Source: Sinomonas sp. (GTDB lineage: Bacteria; Actinomycetota; Actinomycetes; Actinomycetales; Micrococcaceae). From it: 63,452 nucleotides of DNA. The stretch covers positions 1-63,452 of the forward strand of contig NZ_JBQCGQ010000291.1 of assembly GCF_051955515.1 (NCBI RefSeq), given 5' to 3'. Every line of letters starts with the position of its first letter. The stretch's first letter is position 1. The notes below the pieces were generated by a model. It did not search any database, had not been told where the DNA came from, and worked only from the letters and a program-made list of their open reading frames with translations. Below are positions 62,129-63,452 of this stretch, one piece after another. Position numbers and translations under genes: made by a program.

Positions 62129-63364
62129 TCAGTGGTTCCGGATCACGATCACCGCGTTGTGGCCACCGAAGCCGAACGAGTTGCTCAGAGCCACGATGTC
62201 TCCCTGGGGAAGATCACGCGCGCTCGTGACCACGTCGAGCGGGATCTCAGGATCTTGGTGGTCCAGGTTGATTGTGGCCGGAGCCTTGCGCTCGTGCACT
62301 GCGAGAACCGTCAGAACTGCTTCGACCGCTCCGGAGGCCCCCAGCAGGTGGCCCATCTGTGACTTCGTGGCCGAGACGGCCACATTGTCCACATGGCCGC
62401 CCAGCGCAGACTTGAGCGCCGTGTACTCTGGCTTGTCTCCCACGGGGGTCGACGTCGCATGCGCATTGACGTGCACCACGTCTTCTGCCTGCACGCGCGC
62501 GTCGAAGAGCGCCGCCTTCAGGGCTCGCGTGGCCCCCAGGCCCTCGGGATCGGGGGCTGTGATGTGGTAGGCGTCCGCCGTGACCGAGGTGCCCGCGAGT
62601 TCCGCGTAGATCCTTGCGCCGCGCGCGAGTGCATGCTCCTCGGCTTCAAGGACGAGTGCACCGGCGCCCTCGCCCATGACGAAGCCGTCGCGATCGATGT
62701 CGTAGGGGCGCGAGGCACGCTCGGGATCGTCGTTGCGCTTCGAGAGGGCCTGCATCGAGGAGAAGGCCGCAATGGGCATGGGATGGATCGCCGCTTCGGC
62801 GCCGCCCACCATGACCACGTCGGCCTTGCCGGAGCGAATCAGCTCCTGCCCCACAGCCATCGCCTCAGTTCCAGAAGCGCAGGCCGAGACGGGCGTGTGG
62901 GCGCCAGCACGGGCGCCGAGATCGAGGCTCACCGCCGCGGCCACGCCGTTCGGCATGAGCATGGGGACGGTCATCGGCAGCACCCGGCGGGGCCCCTTTT
63001 CCTTGAGGGTGTCCCAGCCGTTCAGGAGCGTCCAGACGCCTCCGATGCCAGTGGCGAAGGCGACGGCGAGACGGTCGTGGTCGATCTCCTCGATGCCGGA
63101 GTCCCTCCACGCCTCCCGCGCGGCGATGACGCCGTACTGGGTCGAGGGGTCCATGCGCTTCATCTCCACGCGTCCCAGGACCTGATCGGCCGGGACCGCC
63201 AGCTTGGCGGCGATCTTCACGGGAAGGTCGTACTGCTCGACCCAGTCATCCGTGAGTTGGTGGACCCCCGACACTCCCTTGACGGCGTTCTGCCAGAGGG
63301 TCGGCACATCTCCACCGATGGGTGTAGTCGCGCCTAGACCGGTGATGACAACTTTACGGGCCAT
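62129..63364 (-). CDS. fabF: 3-oxoacyl-ACP synthase II
   Basis: SACASG (Cys), NAHATST, KSQMGHLLGA, NSFGFGG. Confidence 0.96.
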   Translation of the reverse strand: MARKVVITGLGATTPIGGDVPTLWQNAVKGVSGVHQLTDDWVEQYDLPVKIAAKLAVPADQVLGRVEMKRMDPSTQYGVIAAREAWRDSGIEEIDHDRLAVAFATGIGGVWTLLNGWDTLKEKGPRRVLPMTVPMLMPNGVAAAVSLDLGARAGAHTPVSACASGTEAMAVGQELIRSGKADVVMVGGAEAAIHPMPIAAFSSMQALSKRNDDPERASRPYDIDRDGFVMGEGAGALVLEAEEHALARGARIYAELAGTSVTADAYHITAPDPEGLGATRALKAALFDARVQAEDVVHVNAHATSTPVGDKPEYTALKSALGGHVDNVAVSATKSQMGHLLGASGAVEAVLTVLAVHERKAPATINLDHQDPEIPLDVVTSARDLPQGDIVALSNSFGFGGHNAVIVIRNH

Positions 63365-63452
63365 GCTGCACCCTTTCGGGATCAGAGCCGGGGAGGCTGG
63401 CGGGAGGGAACAGACGGGCGGCCCCCAAGGGGGCCGGCCCGCGCCAGGGGGT

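Overview
High-GC actinobacterial chromosome segment. Gene order and protein style suggest Micrococcaceae (Sinomonas/Arthrobacter-like); this is inference only. Mostly core genome: ilvB(3' end)-ilvN-ilvC-serA-metG, leuB-ilvE-FAH-gltX, tRNA-Gln/Glu/Glu, IclR(NdgR-like)/leuCD, murA-gpsA-ddl-thiL-recG-rsmD, coaD-yceD-rpmF-rnc-mutM-smc-ftsY, amt-glnK twice, zwf, ffh, thiC with a TPP riboswitch, rpsP-khpA-rimM-trmD-rplS-lepB-lepB-rnhB, yraN-comM-dprA-xerC and fabF. The best candidate for an undescribed system is a stand-alone AbiEi-like/DUF559-type nuclease gene (5168-6133). It is bracketed by two inward-facing arrays of a 21-bp repeat (GCCGAGRTCGGG...). The same repeat forms a gene-less hairpin element with inverted ends about 43 kb away (48253-48335) and may occur, degenerate, inside lepB2. 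The nuclease gene also shares an identically spaced two-box (DnaA-box-like) promoter with the yraN-comM-dprA operon. Other notable items: a tandem amt-glnK duplication whose second Amt has Glu at the first twin-His position, and a secreted symmetric X-FN3-AA5-FN3-X copper radical oxidase. All calls come from reading the sequence and recognising motifs; no database searches were run.
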